A stretch of DNA of 64,000 nucleotides, taken from NCBI GenBank assembly GCA_034422315.1, contig DAOUJT010000006.1, positions 5,911-69,910 on the forward strand, read 5' to 3'. The position numbers were made by a program, and so were the translations under genes. Source of the stretch: Chloroflexota bacterium. GTDB lineage: Bacteria; Chloroflexota; UBA11872. This document shows positions 27,616 through 38,005 of this stretch, piece by piece. Position 1 is the stretch's first letter. The number at the start of each line of letters is the position of its first letter. A model generated the notes under the pieces. That model made no database searches, had not been told where the DNA came from, and saw only the letters and a list, made by a program, of their open reading frames with translations.

Positions 27616-28082
27616 CGCGGCCCGGCCGTAGCGCCGGTTTCTAGAACTCACGCGCCCCGTTCGTAGTGAGCCTATTCCATTCATGGTGCGCCGGTAGGAC
27701 CGTGAACGGCCCTGCGACCGGCTCAGAGCGAACGGAGCCACCACTGGGTCGCAGGTTCTGAAGCACGTGCCTTGCGCCCGTCCTCACTCCAAGCCGCCCA
27801 CTCACCGCTGGCCTCGCTGTTGCCCCGTGCCTCCTTCATCACGCCGAGAGCCTCGCCAAGAATCGCAAGTGCCGTCCTCGGTAAGGTCCAGCGGCGTCTG
27901 TAGTCCGCAGCGCGCGATACCGCATGACCAACGGCCAAGCGCCAGGCGATTCCACGCACGCCCAAGCCACTAGGCCAGGGGCAAACGCGTCAACTTCGCT
28001 TCAAGGATTGGCATCGTAGGTTGCCAGATACGATTGTGGCTCTGCGAGAATCCCGATGGTAAGCGTCAGGCCGACGACTCAA

Positions 28083-28664
28083 TTACGATGATGACATTAC
28101 CGCTACGATGACTACTAGTGTGGCTACTTGCCCGAGCAACAGCGCCCCTGTTGCGAGCCATAGCCCCCGGGAATGTTTGGCGTGGGATTCCGGAATCGAC
28201 CGCCTTAAGAAGCTGGTCATCTTCGAGATATCCCGCTTCGCTTCTTGCCGTGCCCTGGACTGAGCTTCGCGAAGCGCCGCAATTTCACGCTGCGCTTCGG
28301 CCTGCGCTGTAGATTGCGCCTCGCGGAGTGCGGAGATTTGCTCATCCAACCCATTGGCGGTGACAGCAAGTTCTGCCAGGATAGGGCTGTCAAGCAGTTT
28401 GGCGCCAGCCCTCAGAATCTCATCCGCGAGGCGCACATGCTGCGTTGCTTGGTCCAGCAAGGCCTTGGCGCTGGCGCTGTAGTCTTCGACCGCCCGCGCC
28501 GTCTCGGATAGCGACTGCGCGCGGGCCTCGGACGTCTTCTCCGCCGCGCGCAGCGACATGAGATGTCGGCCTGTCTGATTCAGCAACGTCTCGGCCTCCG
28601 CGAAGCGCCGCACGACCTCGTCCAATTCCAGCGAGCGGTCGTTGTTCAATCGCTCACCTACCAT
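28083..28664 (-). CDS. Coiled-coil protein with a C-terminal transmembrane anchor. Translationally coupled to the upstream helicase gene.
   Basis: Heptad-rich, with repeats AQSTAQAEAQREIAALREAQSRARQEAK. C-terminal TM GLWLATGALLLGQVATLVVIVAV. 11-nt overlap with the helicase ORF. Confidence 0.55.
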   Translation of the reverse strand: MVGERLNNDRSLELDEVVRRFAEAETLLNQTGRHLMSLRAAEKTSEARAQSLSETARAVEDYSASAKALLDQATQHVRLADEILRAGAKLLDSPILAELAVTANGLDEQISALREAQSTAQAEAQREIAALREAQSRARQEAKRDISKMTSFLRRSIPESHAKHSRGLWLATGALLLGQVATLVVIVAVMSSS

Positions 28665-31600
28665 GTCCGCCCTCCCATGGTTGCTCCGTCAGCGATCCAA
28701 GAAGCTGAACCGTCCTGGTAAGCCGATCGGTGAGCGCCAGTATGCACAATCCCAGTTCGCCGCCGCCCTCGAGCGACCGGTTGACGAGCTGCTGCCGAAC
28801 TGCAGGCGCTTTCCCTGACTGCTCCAAGGCAAGCGTCAATGCTGTCAGCGTGGCTAGCCTGCGCTCCGCCATCCAGTCGCGGAGACCTGCCGCTCCCTGT
28901 TCGATCCCATCGTCCGACACGCTGTAGTTCTCATGGGCAAGCGTGAACGAGGATGCAACGTGGGAGGTGAACTCGTTTAGGTTTCCGTCTGGGATTAACG
29001 CCTCGCTGAGGCCACGGGTCAGCAGCAGTCCCGGGTGGTCCGGGTAGGACTCGAGCAGGCGACCGCTGCTGCCGCGCAACTCGTGCGCCTCGGCAGCCCC
29101 TAGAGTGTCGGCCGTCGCCCGCAGCCAGGCGTCGTAGTCGAAGTACGGGCGGTCGATCAGCTTCTCTAGCACCGGCGCGATGTCGCCTTCCGTCAGGTAA
29201 TCCAGGATGCGTTTCCTGAATTCCGTATCGGGACGGGCCCGTGTAGCGTGGACGGCCAGCCAGAGTTCCCGAAGCGCACGCCGGCGTGCGCGCTCGATCT
29301 CGTCATAGACGAACTCCAGGAGCAGGCGCCCGCAGCCGAGCACGGCGTCACGCAGCGGCTCGGCCTCGTACCGGTTTGCCTTCCGGCGCTCGTTTTCGAC
29401 GCGTTGGATGTTGTGGCGCCGCACGTAATCGAGGTAATGCTCGACAACGGTCGGAGCGTCGATAAGATTCAAGTCCAAGGTGAACGACCTCGAACTCCAC
29501 TCAACCCAGTACTTACCAACGATGCCGAGGACTTGGAGCCGATAGACGGCGCGTTCACGGCTGGTCTGTGTTTCATTCTGCCAAGTGAGGTTGGCCGACT
29601 CCCTGTTGCCGAGGTCAGGAAGATCGTCCACTACTCGTCGCAGCGCCGCTTGGTCCTCTGGAACTCCCGGGAAGCTGTTGAGGTGCATCCAGAGTTGGTT
29701 GGTAACGTCATCCCGTTCACCCCAAGGCAAATATTTGACAACCCGACGGGCTTCCTCTATATCTCGGTCATCTGCGAGTAAACGTCGGATACGATCCTCG
29801 TCGTACTCGATCACCAGCAGAACACATTCAGCGTCCTGGCCGTCGCGTCCCGCACGTCCCACCTCTTGGTAATAGCCTTCGATGCTGCTGGGCATGCCGT
29901 AGTGGACGACGTACCGAATGTTGGGCTTATCGATGCCCATGCCAAACGCCTTGGTCGATACGAGTAACGGGCTTTCGTTCTCCATGAACTGACGTGCATT
30001 CTCACGTTTTTCCCTCTCCCAGTCGCCGGGAAAATGCCTAGGCGCAGTTCCCGAAAAAATCCTAGGATTCAGACCTATACCGGAGTACGAGTCCGCTAGC
30101 AAATCATCTATTTCGACTACGCCGAAACTGCCATTGACGTGGGGACAGAATACGATTCCGGAGTACGTGTTGTGACCCTGGGATTGGAAGAAATTCTGCT
30201 GCGGTATATTGAAACGAGGCGGCAACTGTGAAAGTGCGCCGCACAGCGCGGCGTGCGCGGATTCAGGCTCAGCTATGACGATTCGATAGTGTAGTTCCCG
30301 CCGATCGAAGCTCGCAGGCTTGACCACCGCATGCTCGGACTGTGAATCGTCGATGTCCAATTCCAGCAGCACCTCCTTGAGCACGGCTCGCGAAGCGGTA
30401 CCGGTGAGGGCCAGTACGGGAAGCTGCGAATCCCTGGCGACATCACGAACCGTCGCGCCAAGCCTGAGATAGGCGGGCCGAAAGTCGTGCCCCCACTCGC
30501 TGACGCAGTGAGCCTCGTCAATCACCGCAAAGTTGATTCCGCGTCCAGCGAATGCCGCCGCAGCCAACCGCTGCTGAAACTGCCGTTGCTGTAGCCGCTC
30601 CGGCGCGCAGAAGACGAAGAGCGCTTCACCGGTACCCACGGCCGCTAGTAGCGATGCTTGCTGTCCCTGTCTCGTCAGGTACGAGGAGAACTGCGCAACT
30701 CGCTCGATTCCATACCCGCGCAATCCCTCCGCCTGGTTTTCCATCAGGGCAATCAGTGGATCGATCACCAGCGAGAGGCCCGGCAAACACAGGCCGGCAA
30801 GCTGGTAGATCAGGCTTTTGCCCGCGCCGGTGGGCAGCAGCACGGCACAGTCGCGACCCTGCAGGATTTCCCTAATCGCCTCCATCTGACCTTCGCGGAA
30901 GTCCTTCTTGGCGAACACGGACCACAGCACCTGGCGCAGCGCCCGCGGGAGGCCCGCCGCGTCCGATGGTGACCGCGCATCGGCCGGCAGATGCTCCCAG
31001 ACGAGGTCCACGGGCAGAAATGCACTGCGGACGATGATCTGCGGCGGCTTGCCGAGCGCCGGCAGGCTCTCGCCGGGCGCGCGGTGGGAGTCAAGGCGGA
31101 TCACCAGGTCCGCACGTTCCCCATCCAGGTAAGCGCCATCCGCTTGCTCGCCGAGCGCCGTGTAGCCCTCATCCGGCGTGCGCTGGAGGTCAAGCGATAA
31201 TTCGCCGCCTTCCAGTTGAATGCGGTCCGGACAGGCGCCACTGCCGGCAATCACATCCAGGGCCAGCATGAGACTTAGGTAGCGCGGCAGAGACTCGACC
31301 GACCACGCCGAGCAGCCCTGAAGCTCGACGCGCCAACAGGGGCCCGAGAGCAGCCCTGCGCTCAGCGCCTCGGTGACCGCGGCCATGATGCGGTGCAACT
31401 CGACTGGGCCGTATGCCAACTGCCATCCCTGGCCAGTGGTAAGCGGCGGCGCGGCGGCCGACTGCAGCCGGCGGAACACTTCACCGAGCTTGGGTCCATC
31501 GCGCGTACGCATCTCGGCGGCAGGAATCCGTACAACGTCTATTCCGGACGCTCTCAGTGAGGCGTCACGTTCTTCGTCCTGCTCAATCGACTCGGTGTGC

Positions 31601-32451
31601 TGCTCGCCGTCGATCTCCACGACAAATGGCTGACGAGCCGGCGGGCAGATAAGGAAGTCAACGCGCCTTGACGTACCGTTGGGGTTCTCGATGAGTGCGT
31701 CCAATGAAGCCTGTGGGGTTGTCCAGCGCACGGCCCATGGCACGGTGGCCGCGAGCCATTTCGTAAAGAAGACCCTCTCTTCGTCCGAGTCGAACTCGAG
31801 CGTCGGGTCAGGGTCAGGGGGGCTGTCCCGCGTGACGATTCGTGGATCGAAAACCGGCAGCTGTAACGGAGTTCGGAGCTGTGGACTGAGGTCGCCAGGC
31901 AACGTCGAGGTCGTGACTTTGTCGCCCAACCCTACGTGTTGCAGCAGCGTGTGCTCGGCTGTGGGATCGAGCGGTGGGGCGCTTCCGCGTTGCAGCACTT
32001 TCCACATCACCGCGGCCAGACGCTTGGCGCCCTCGGCCGGATCCTGGGCGACGTCTGGGCGGGCGATCCAGCACTGTTCCAGGGCCGGCTGCCGCGTGGG
32101 AATGGCTCGCAGCGAACCACCCACGTTCACATAGCGGCACACCCATCCGTGGCGTGGCCTAGATGTTGCGTCTACCCACGCGGCGCGGCGCGGCAACGTG
32201 ACGGCCACTCCCGCCGCCGCTCGGCTGGTTGCGTCTACCTGCAAAGCACGGCGCGACAAATGGTCTCGTTCCGGCTGGGGCCTGCCATTGTCGTCATTCG
32301 ATCCATCAATGTTGACCAGTCCATTGCAGCGCGGCCAATTCCCACAGCCCCAGAAAGGTGAGCCGGCTCGCTTGCCGCGTCTGGCGACGCGCCGCACTGT
32401 TGCCGATCCGCAGATGGGGCATGGGGGCGGAGCAGCCACTTGCTGGATCAT
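28654..32451 (-). CDS. 1265-aa multidomain protein: an N-terminal topoisomerase-type C4 zinc ribbon, a DUF559 (Vsr-like endonuclease fold) domain, a RecQ-family DEAH helicase core, and a long uncharacterised C-terminal region.
   Basis: Zinc ribbon CPICGS...WGCGNWPRC. DUF559-like VDFLICPPARQPFVVEIDGEQH. Helicase motif I LLPTGAGKSLIYQL, motif II VIDEAHCVSEWGHDFRPAY, motif III LALTGTAS. Confidence 0.75.
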   Translation of the reverse strand: MIQQVAAPPPCPICGSATVRRVARRGKRAGSPFWGCGNWPRCNGLVNIDGSNDDNGRPQPERDHLSRRALQVDATSRAAAGVAVTLPRRAAWVDATSRPRHGWVCRYVNVGGSLRAIPTRQPALEQCWIARPDVAQDPAEGAKRLAAVMWKVLQRGSAPPLDPTAEHTLLQHVGLGDKVTTSTLPGDLSPQLRTPLQLPVFDPRIVTRDSPPDPDPTLEFDSDEERVFFTKWLAATVPWAVRWTTPQASLDALIENPNGTSRRVDFLICPPARQPFVVEIDGEQHTESIEQDEERDASLRASGIDVVRIPAAEMRTRDGPKLGEVFRRLQSAAAPPLTTGQGWQLAYGPVELHRIMAAVTEALSAGLLSGPCWRVELQGCSAWSVESLPRYLSLMLALDVIAGSGACPDRIQLEGGELSLDLQRTPDEGYTALGEQADGAYLDGERADLVIRLDSHRAPGESLPALGKPPQIIVRSAFLPVDLVWEHLPADARSPSDAAGLPRALRQVLWSVFAKKDFREGQMEAIREILQGRDCAVLLPTGAGKSLIYQLAGLCLPGLSLVIDPLIALMENQAEGLRGYGIERVAQFSSYLTRQGQQASLLAAVGTGEALFVFCAPERLQQRQFQQRLAAAAFAGRGINFAVIDEAHCVSEWGHDFRPAYLRLGATVRDVARDSQLPVLALTGTASRAVLKEVLLELDIDDSQSEHAVVKPASFDRRELHYRIVIAEPESAHAALCGALSQLPPRFNIPQQNFFQSQGHNTYSGIVFCPHVNGSFGVVEIDDLLADSYSGIGLNPRIFSGTAPRHFPGDWEREKRENARQFMENESPLLVSTKAFGMGIDKPNIRYVVHYGMPSSIEGYYQEVGRAGRDGQDAECVLLVIEYDEDRIRRLLADDRDIEEARRVVKYLPWGERDDVTNQLWMHLNSFPGVPEDQAALRRVVDDLPDLGNRESANLTWQNETQTSRERAVYRLQVLGIVGKYWVEWSSRSFTLDLNLIDAPTVVEHYLDYVRRHNIQRVENERRKANRYEAEPLRDAVLGCGRLLLEFVYDEIERARRRALRELWLAVHATRARPDTEFRKRILDYLTEGDIAPVLEKLIDRPYFDYDAWLRATADTLGAAEAHELRGSSGRLLESYPDHPGLLLTRGLSEALIPDGNLNEFTSHVASSFTLAHENYSVSDDGIEQGAAGLRDWMAERRLATLTALTLALEQSGKAPAVRQQLVNRSLEGGGELGLCILALTDRLTRTVQLLGSLTEQPWEGGHGR

Positions 32452-32654
32452 CGGTCTTCGCTAGCCTCTACGGTGGTAGGAGCGCACTGTCGGGTGTCAC
32501 TGAGTCATCTAGCCCCGTCATGATCATGGGGGAATGACGCTGGGCTACGCAAAGGTCTCCGGCGGGAATGTCAATAGCGGATGGTTGCTCTCAGTCCGAC
32601 GAAGGGCGAGCGGGGCAGCCCGACCGAGCGCGGAGCTTCGTCACCAACTACGAA

Positions 32655-33530
32655 TCACTCGTTCAGCAGGCGGTCGATGGCTTGGGCCACGCCGTCGTCC
32701 TCGTAGCTGCCGGTAATCCAGTCGGCGGCCGCCAACACGCGGGGATCGCCGTCGCCCATGGCCACGCCAATGCCCGCGGCGCGTACCAGGTCCAGGTCGT
32801 TCAGGTTGTCGCCGATCCCCATCATCTGGTCAATTGGAACATTCGCCACCGCGGCCACCTGCACCAGCGCGCGGCCTTTATTCACGTCGCACCGCACCAG
32901 TTCGGCAAAGCGCGGGTGCGAGCGCGTCGCTTGCACCGCCGCGCCAAAGCGGCCGTCCATCTCCGCAATGGCGTCAAGCACGCGGTCCTCATCCATCACG
33001 AACACCAGCTTGGTGCTGCCGGCGGTTACCGCTGCGGCCAGGTCGTCGACAAACGTGATGGGAACGTTGGAACTGGCGGCGTAGAAGCGGCCCTCGGGCG
33101 TATCGGCTTCCATGTACAACTCGTCGTCGATGTAGGCGTTGACGTGCAGCCCGCGCTCGCGGGCGAATTCGACGGCCGCCTGAGCCGGTGCTGACGGCAG
33201 CACGTCGTGCTGGTGGGTCACGCCCGTTACCGGGTCTCGCACCAAGGATCCCTGGTAGCAGATGATCGGCAGCGTGACCTTGAGGTCGGTGGCAAAGCGC
33301 CGCGCCGAGCGAAACATCCGCCCGGTGGCGATGGTGATCTCGATCCCTGCGGCGCGTACGTCGTCGATCGCCCGACGAACGCGCGGCGTAATGCCCTGCT
33401 CGCCCTTGACCAGGGTGCCGTCCAAGTCCATGGCAATGATGCGGATGTTCGCGGCCTCAGGCACGGCGCACGGCCCGCCCACCTGTCGCACCGCGGCGAT
33501 ATACTTTCGACCAATGCCGTACGGCTTCAT
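32655..33530 (-). CDS. Cof-type HAD-IIB family hydrolase. Start uncertain; the ORF is open to 33650.
   Basis: IRIIAMDLDGTLV (motif I), ITIATGR, and GDNLNDLDLVRAAGIGVAMGDG (motifs III/IV). Confidence 0.75.
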   Translation of the reverse strand: MKPYGIGRKYIAAVRQVGGPCAVPEAANIRIIAMDLDGTLVKGEQGITPRVRRAIDDVRAAGIEITIATGRMFRSARRFATDLKVTLPIICYQGSLVRDPVTGVTHQHDVLPSAPAQAAVEFARERGLHVNAYIDDELYMEADTPEGRFYAASSNVPITFVDDLAAAVTAGSTKLVFVMDEDRVLDAIAEMDGRFGAAVQATRSHPRFAELVRCDVNKGRALVQVAAVANVPIDQMMGIGDNLNDLDLVRAAGIGVAMGDGDPRVLAAADWITGSYEDDGVAQAIDRLLNE

Positions 33531-33609
33531 CCACGCGCTTGGCTCGTCCCGGTATCCGCGAAAGCGGCGGGCCAATCTTGGCATGAACTCCGGTCTTCGA
33601 GGCCCATAA

Positions 33610-34932
33610 ATGCGCTCCCGTCGCTGGCTGACGCTCGGCATTGGCGTCAAACGCTATCTGCTTCTGATCTTTCTGGGCACCGTCGTCCTGGCGCTGGCCC
33701 TGGCCATGTTCCTGGCCTTCGTCTATCGCACGATCGATATTCCGGGACCGGCGGGGACAGTTGTCTACTACCTCACTCTTCAGTTTCTGGCCCACCCGGT
33801 TCGCGAGCTGACCGTAGGCGCGCTGGGCCTGATAATCGCGGCCTCGGGTGCGTTCCTGCTCGGCCGCAGCGTGCTGTCGGTGGTGGTGGATCCAAAGGAC
33901 GACCTCGCCGAGATTCTCTATCAGAACAGGCGCCTGCAACGCGGGCCACGAGTCGTGGCCATCGGCGGCGGAACCGGTCTGGGTGTATTGCTGCGCGGTC
34001 TGAAGGCGTTCACCAACAACATCACCGCCGTCGTAACCGTGGCCGACGACGGGGGCAGTTCCGGCCGTCTGCGCGAGGAGTTAGGCCTGATGCCCCCTGG
34101 CGACATCCGGCAGTGTCTGGCCGCGCTGGCCGATTCCGAGTCGTTGATGCAGGACGTCATGGAATACCGCTTCAGCCGCGGTCAGGGGTTGCAGGGTCAC
34201 AGCCTGGGCAACCTGCTGATTGCCGCCATGGCTGATCTGAACCAGGGCAATTTTGAGCGCGGGGTTAATGACCTGAGCGAGGTCCTGCGAGTGCGGGGCC
34301 GCATCCTGCCCTCCACCCTGACCGACGTGCGGCTGGCAGCCCAGATGGACGACGGATCGATCGTACGCGGCGAATCGCGCATCCGCTCCGCCGGAAAGCC
34401 GATTGCGCGGGTGCTGATTGAACCGCGCTACGTTGCCGCCAACGATGAGGCCGTCAAGGAACTGCTGGCTGCCGACATGATCGTGCTGGGGCCGGGCAGC
34501 GTGCACACCAGCGTGCTGCCCAATCTGCTCGTCGGCGACATTGCGGCCGCGGTGCGCGCCTCCAACGCGGTGAAGGTGTACGTCTGCAACGTGGCCACGG
34601 AACCGGGCGAAACCGACGGCTACAGCCTGGCCGACCACGTGACGTCGCTTACCTCAAACGTCGGGCCCGGTCTCTTTCAGTACACGCTGGTCAACAACTT
34701 CACCAACCTGGGCATCCAGCCGGGCAGCGGGTCGCGGATTGTCGACTGCGATCCGGCGGTTCAGGTCGAGTTACTGGAAACGGGCGTGCAGGCCGTGATG
34801 GCCGACGTGGTGGACCATAACGACCCACGACACCACGACTCAGTGACGCTTGCCGCCACTCTGATGGAACTGTACGAGGAAGCGTCGCAAAAGACGCCGA
34901 CGCCATTAGCCGCGGGGGCGGCACGCTACTAG
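33610..34932 (+). CDS. YvcK/CofD-like gluconeogenesis-factor family protein (UPF0052) with an N-terminal membrane anchor.
   Basis: VVAIGGGTGLGVLLRGLK...TAVVTVADDGGSSGRLR...PPGDIRQCL is the YvcK signature. Confidence 0.8.
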   Translation: MRSRRWLTLGIGVKRYLLLIFLGTVVLALALAMFLAFVYRTIDIPGPAGTVVYYLTLQFLAHPVRELTVGALGLIIAASGAFLLGRSVLSVVVDPKDDLAEILYQNRRLQRGPRVVAIGGGTGLGVLLRGLKAFTNNITAVVTVADDGGSSGRLREELGLMPPGDIRQCLAALADSESLMQDVMEYRFSRGQGLQGHSLGNLLIAAMADLNQGNFERGVNDLSEVLRVRGRILPSTLTDVRLAAQMDDGSIVRGESRIRSAGKPIARVLIEPRYVAANDEAVKELLAADMIVLGPGSVHTSVLPNLLVGDIAAAVRASNAVKVYVCNVATEPGETDGYSLADHVTSLTSNVGPGLFQYTLVNNFTNLGIQPGSGSRIVDCDPAVQVELLETGVQAVMADVVDHNDPRHHDSVTLAATLMELYEEASQKTPTPLAAGAARY

Positions 34933-34965
34933 GGCCCCAGGCCCCTCACTACTCCTGCTGTTGAC

Positions 34966-35976
34966 TTAGCGGTCGCGCGTCGCGATGTAAGCCGCCACGG
35001 CCTCCAGGTTGCGACGACCCCAATCACTGACAGGTAGCCGGCCCAAGGCCTCGCTGGCCTGGCGCGCGTGCTGGCGAAGACGGTGTTCTGTAAAGACTCG
35101 GGATTCCGCCCGTTCCAGAATCGCCGTGGTCGTCTCTACGTCGGGCGGCACGCCGTCGTCACTGAACATGGATCGCAGGCGTGACCGGTCGGGCCCGTCA
35201 GCCGTCGCCAGCGCGTGAATGATGGGCAAGGTCTTCTTTCGCTTTTGGATGTCGGCGCCCACCGGTTTCCCGGTCACGGCGGGATTGCCCCAGATGCCCA
35301 GCACGTCGTCGCGGATTTGAAAAACGATGCCCAGTTCCCGGCCGTAGGCGCGGCAGGCGTCCCGTGTGGCCGGGTCGTTTCCAGCAAATATGGCGCCGAG
35401 TTCAAAGGCTACGGCGAGCAACGCCGCCGACTTGCGGGCAATCATGTCCAGGTAGTCGGCCACACCCACGTTTGCGGCAGTCTCGAACGCGATGTCCAGG
35501 TGTTGACCCTCGGTTACCAGCCGACATCCCTGTGTGACCACTTCGGTGGCGTCCTTGGCCAGCGGCGCTGACGCGCCGTTGCCTCCGCTCCGCAGCACGC
35601 TGAGCGTCGCCAGCACGTGCAGCAGGTCGCCGGCGTCAATGGCTTGGGGACGTCCCCAGACCACCCAGACGGTGGGGCGGTGTCGGCGCGTCTCGTCATC
35701 GTCCATCACGTCGTCGTGCACCAGCGTGAAGTTGTGCAGCAGTTCCAGCCCGGCCGCCGCAGGCAGCGCTGCCTCCAGGTCACCGCCCAGCGCCTCGCAC
35801 ATCAGCAGGCACAGCGTGGGACGGACGGCCTTGCCTCGGTCGGTGGTGGCGGGCGATCCGTCAGCGTTGACCTGGCCAAGCTGGTAGCGGGCCATGGTGT
35901 ACAGGGCCAAGTCGGGTCCCTCGACGGCGCGGTGGAGTTCGGCGTCGATACGCTCGCGATAGCGGTCGAGAACCAC
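34966..35976 (-). CDS. Polyprenyl synthetase (FPP/GGPP synthase family).
   Basis: FARM LVHDDVMDDDETRRHRPT and SARM FQIRDDVLG aspartate-rich motifs. Confidence 0.85.
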   Translation of the reverse strand: MVLDRYRERIDAELHRAVEGPDLALYTMARYQLGQVNADGSPATTDRGKAVRPTLCLLMCEALGGDLEAALPAAAGLELLHNFTLVHDDVMDDDETRRHRPTVWVVWGRPQAIDAGDLLHVLATLSVLRSGGNGASAPLAKDATEVVTQGCRLVTEGQHLDIAFETAANVGVADYLDMIARKSAALLAVAFELGAIFAGNDPATRDACRAYGRELGIVFQIRDDVLGIWGNPAVTGKPVGADIQKRKKTLPIIHALATADGPDRSRLRSMFSDDGVPPDVETTTAILERAESRVFTEHRLRQHARQASEALGRLPVSDWGRRNLEAVAAYIATRDR

Positions 35977-36022
35977 AGGTGGCGGAACTGACGCCGACGG
36001 CCGTGTGCTCAGCGGTCCGGCC

Positions 36023-37981
36023 TCAGGATCCGACGATCAGTCGTCCCGCGTCGATGCGAACCGCAACTGCGTGGTCGGTGAGGGCGCAAGCGGCATCCAC
36101 GATGCCTGACGCGCTGAGGCCGTGGGCCGCTCGAATGCTGTCAGCCGGTCCGTGCTCATGGAACATGTCCGGCATGGCGACCCGGCGGACCTGCACATCG
36201 CCCAGACCGTTGTCGGCCAGCAACTCAACCACCGCGCTGCCAAAGCCGCCCATCAGATTGTGGTCCTCGACTGTGACCACGCAACGGGTCCGTGCGGCAA
36301 GCTCACAGATCAAGTCACGGTCCAGCGGCTTGACGAAGCGTGCGTTTACGACGGCGGCCTTGACGCCCAGCCGGTCGAGTCGGTCGGCGGCCTCAATGGA
36401 GGGAGCCACACCCCAGCCAACGGCCAACAAGGCAATGTCGGAGCCGTCGCGCAGCATCTCAGCCCGGCCTATGGGCAGAACGCGGGGCGGTCCCTGAATC
36501 GGGACGCCGACCCCGGAGCCGCGCGAATAGCGGATTGCAAATGGTCGGTCGCTGTCCAACGCCGTGCGGAAGAGGTGGCGCAGTTCGTCCTCGTCCTTGG
36601 GCGCCGCCACGACGAAATTGGGGATCGCGCGCAGGTAGGCCAGGTCCAGCACCCCGTGATGCGTGCGCCCGTCGTCGCCCACGATCCCGGCGCGGTCCAC
36701 CCCCAGAATGACCGGCAGATTCTGGATGGCCACGTCGTGCACGATCTGATCGAAGGCCCGCTGCAGGAAGGTGCTGTAGATGCAGACCACGGGTCGCAGC
36801 CCCTGCGTGGCCAGTCCGGCGGCCATGGCTACGGCATGACTCTCGGCGATGCCAACGTCAAAGACCCGCTCCGGCAGCTCGCGCTGCATGTCGGCGAGTG
36901 CAGTGCCCTCGCACATCGCGGCACTGATGGCCACGATGCGCTCGTCCTTGCGGGCCAGATCCGTCAGCGTACGCGCCAGCACCTTGCTGTAGCTGGTGGC
37001 GTTGGCGGCGCCCACGGCCTGGGCGGTGCCGGGTTGGTGCAGCGTTACCGGATCGGCCTCGGCTGTCGGCAGCCCCTTGCCTTTTCGCGTAAAGACGTGA
37101 ATCAGCACCGGACCACGGCGTTCAACGGCGGCCCGAATCACTGATTCAAGCTCCGGCCGATCATGGCCGTCCACGGGGCCCATGTACTCAAACCCGAACG
37201 CTCCACAAAAATCGGCGGCATCGGCGAACGGTTCGGTCGGCTCGGTTGCCATCTGGGTCGCGGTGAAGCGGGCCTGAGCTTTAGGGTCGTCCGGCTGCCA
37301 GGTCTCGCGTCCGCGCCCCATGTTGCGGCTCAACGCACCCACATTCGGCGAGATTGACATCCCGTTGTCGTTCAGCAGCACCACAAAGGGCAAACCCAGG
37401 TCGCCCGCCTGATTCAGCGCCTCGAAGACCACGCCTGAGGTGAACGATCCGTCGCCGATGACGGCCACAGTGGCGGATTCTTCGCCGCGTAGCTGGCCTG
37501 CTACCGCGATTCCCACACCGGCGGAAACGCCCGTGCCGGCGTGGCCGGCGCCCATGACATCGTGATCGCTTTCCTCACGGGCGGCGAACCCCGATAGGCC
37601 GCCTGGCTGTCGCAGGGTCGGGAAGTCGGCGGCGCGGCCCGTGACGAGCTTGTGCGGGTAGGTCTGGTTGCTGGTGTCCCAGACGATCTTGTCCCTGGGA
37701 CTCTCGAGCACACGATGCAGCGCCAGGGTGATCTCAACCACACCGAGATTGCTGGCCAGATGGCCGCCGTTGGCGTCGACGGTTTCGATGATGACCTCGC
37801 GAATTTCGCCGGCCAAGCGGTCGAGCTCCGCGTCCGACATCGCGCGCAGATCCGATGGATCCGCAATCCGGTCGAGTATGCGGTCCACCACGGTCCCCCT
37901 TTTTGAAGCACCCGGGCCGCGGGTGTTCTTCGATACTGCCCGTTGAACGGGGATTCGCGCAATACTTACGCCCCCGCCCAA
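36023..37981 (-). CDS. dxs: 1-deoxy-D-xylulose-5-phosphate synthase.
   Basis: ILDRIADPSDLR...GGHLASNLGVVEITLALH...DKIVWDTSNQTYPHKLVTGR, a TPP-binding GDG motif, and a transketolase-like C-terminus. Confidence 0.9.
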   Translation of the reverse strand: MGGGVSIARIPVQRAVSKNTRGPGASKRGTVVDRILDRIADPSDLRAMSDAELDRLAGEIREVIIETVDANGGHLASNLGVVEITLALHRVLESPRDKIVWDTSNQTYPHKLVTGRAADFPTLRQPGGLSGFAAREESDHDVMGAGHAGTGVSAGVGIAVAGQLRGEESATVAVIGDGSFTSGVVFEALNQAGDLGLPFVVLLNDNGMSISPNVGALSRNMGRGRETWQPDDPKAQARFTATQMATEPTEPFADAADFCGAFGFEYMGPVDGHDRPELESVIRAAVERRGPVLIHVFTRKGKGLPTAEADPVTLHQPGTAQAVGAANATSYSKVLARTLTDLARKDERIVAISAAMCEGTALADMQRELPERVFDVGIAESHAVAMAAGLATQGLRPVVCIYSTFLQRAFDQIVHDVAIQNLPVILGVDRAGIVGDDGRTHHGVLDLAYLRAIPNFVVAAPKDEDELRHLFRTALDSDRPFAIRYSRGSGVGVPIQGPPRVLPIGRAEMLRDGSDIALLAVGWGVAPSIEAADRLDRLGVKAAVVNARFVKPLDRDLICELAARTRCVVTVEDHNLMGGFGSAVVELLADNGLGDVQVRRVAMPDMFHEHGPADSIRAAHGLSASGIVDAACALTDHAVAVRIDAGRLIVGS

Positions 37982-38005
37982 TCAACTGCCCAACGTCTAT
38001 CCGGC

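Noticed and set aside
27616-28082. ~470-bp intergenic region checked for a tRNA or ncRNA
   Set aside because: No cloverleaf-compatible segments or a GTTCGAATCC-like T-arm found by eye. Left unannotated; a tRNAscan or Rfam run would be needed to be sure.
36122-37144. 340-aa plus-strand ORF inside dxs
   Set aside because: Antisense to an unambiguous DXS coding region. No motifs.
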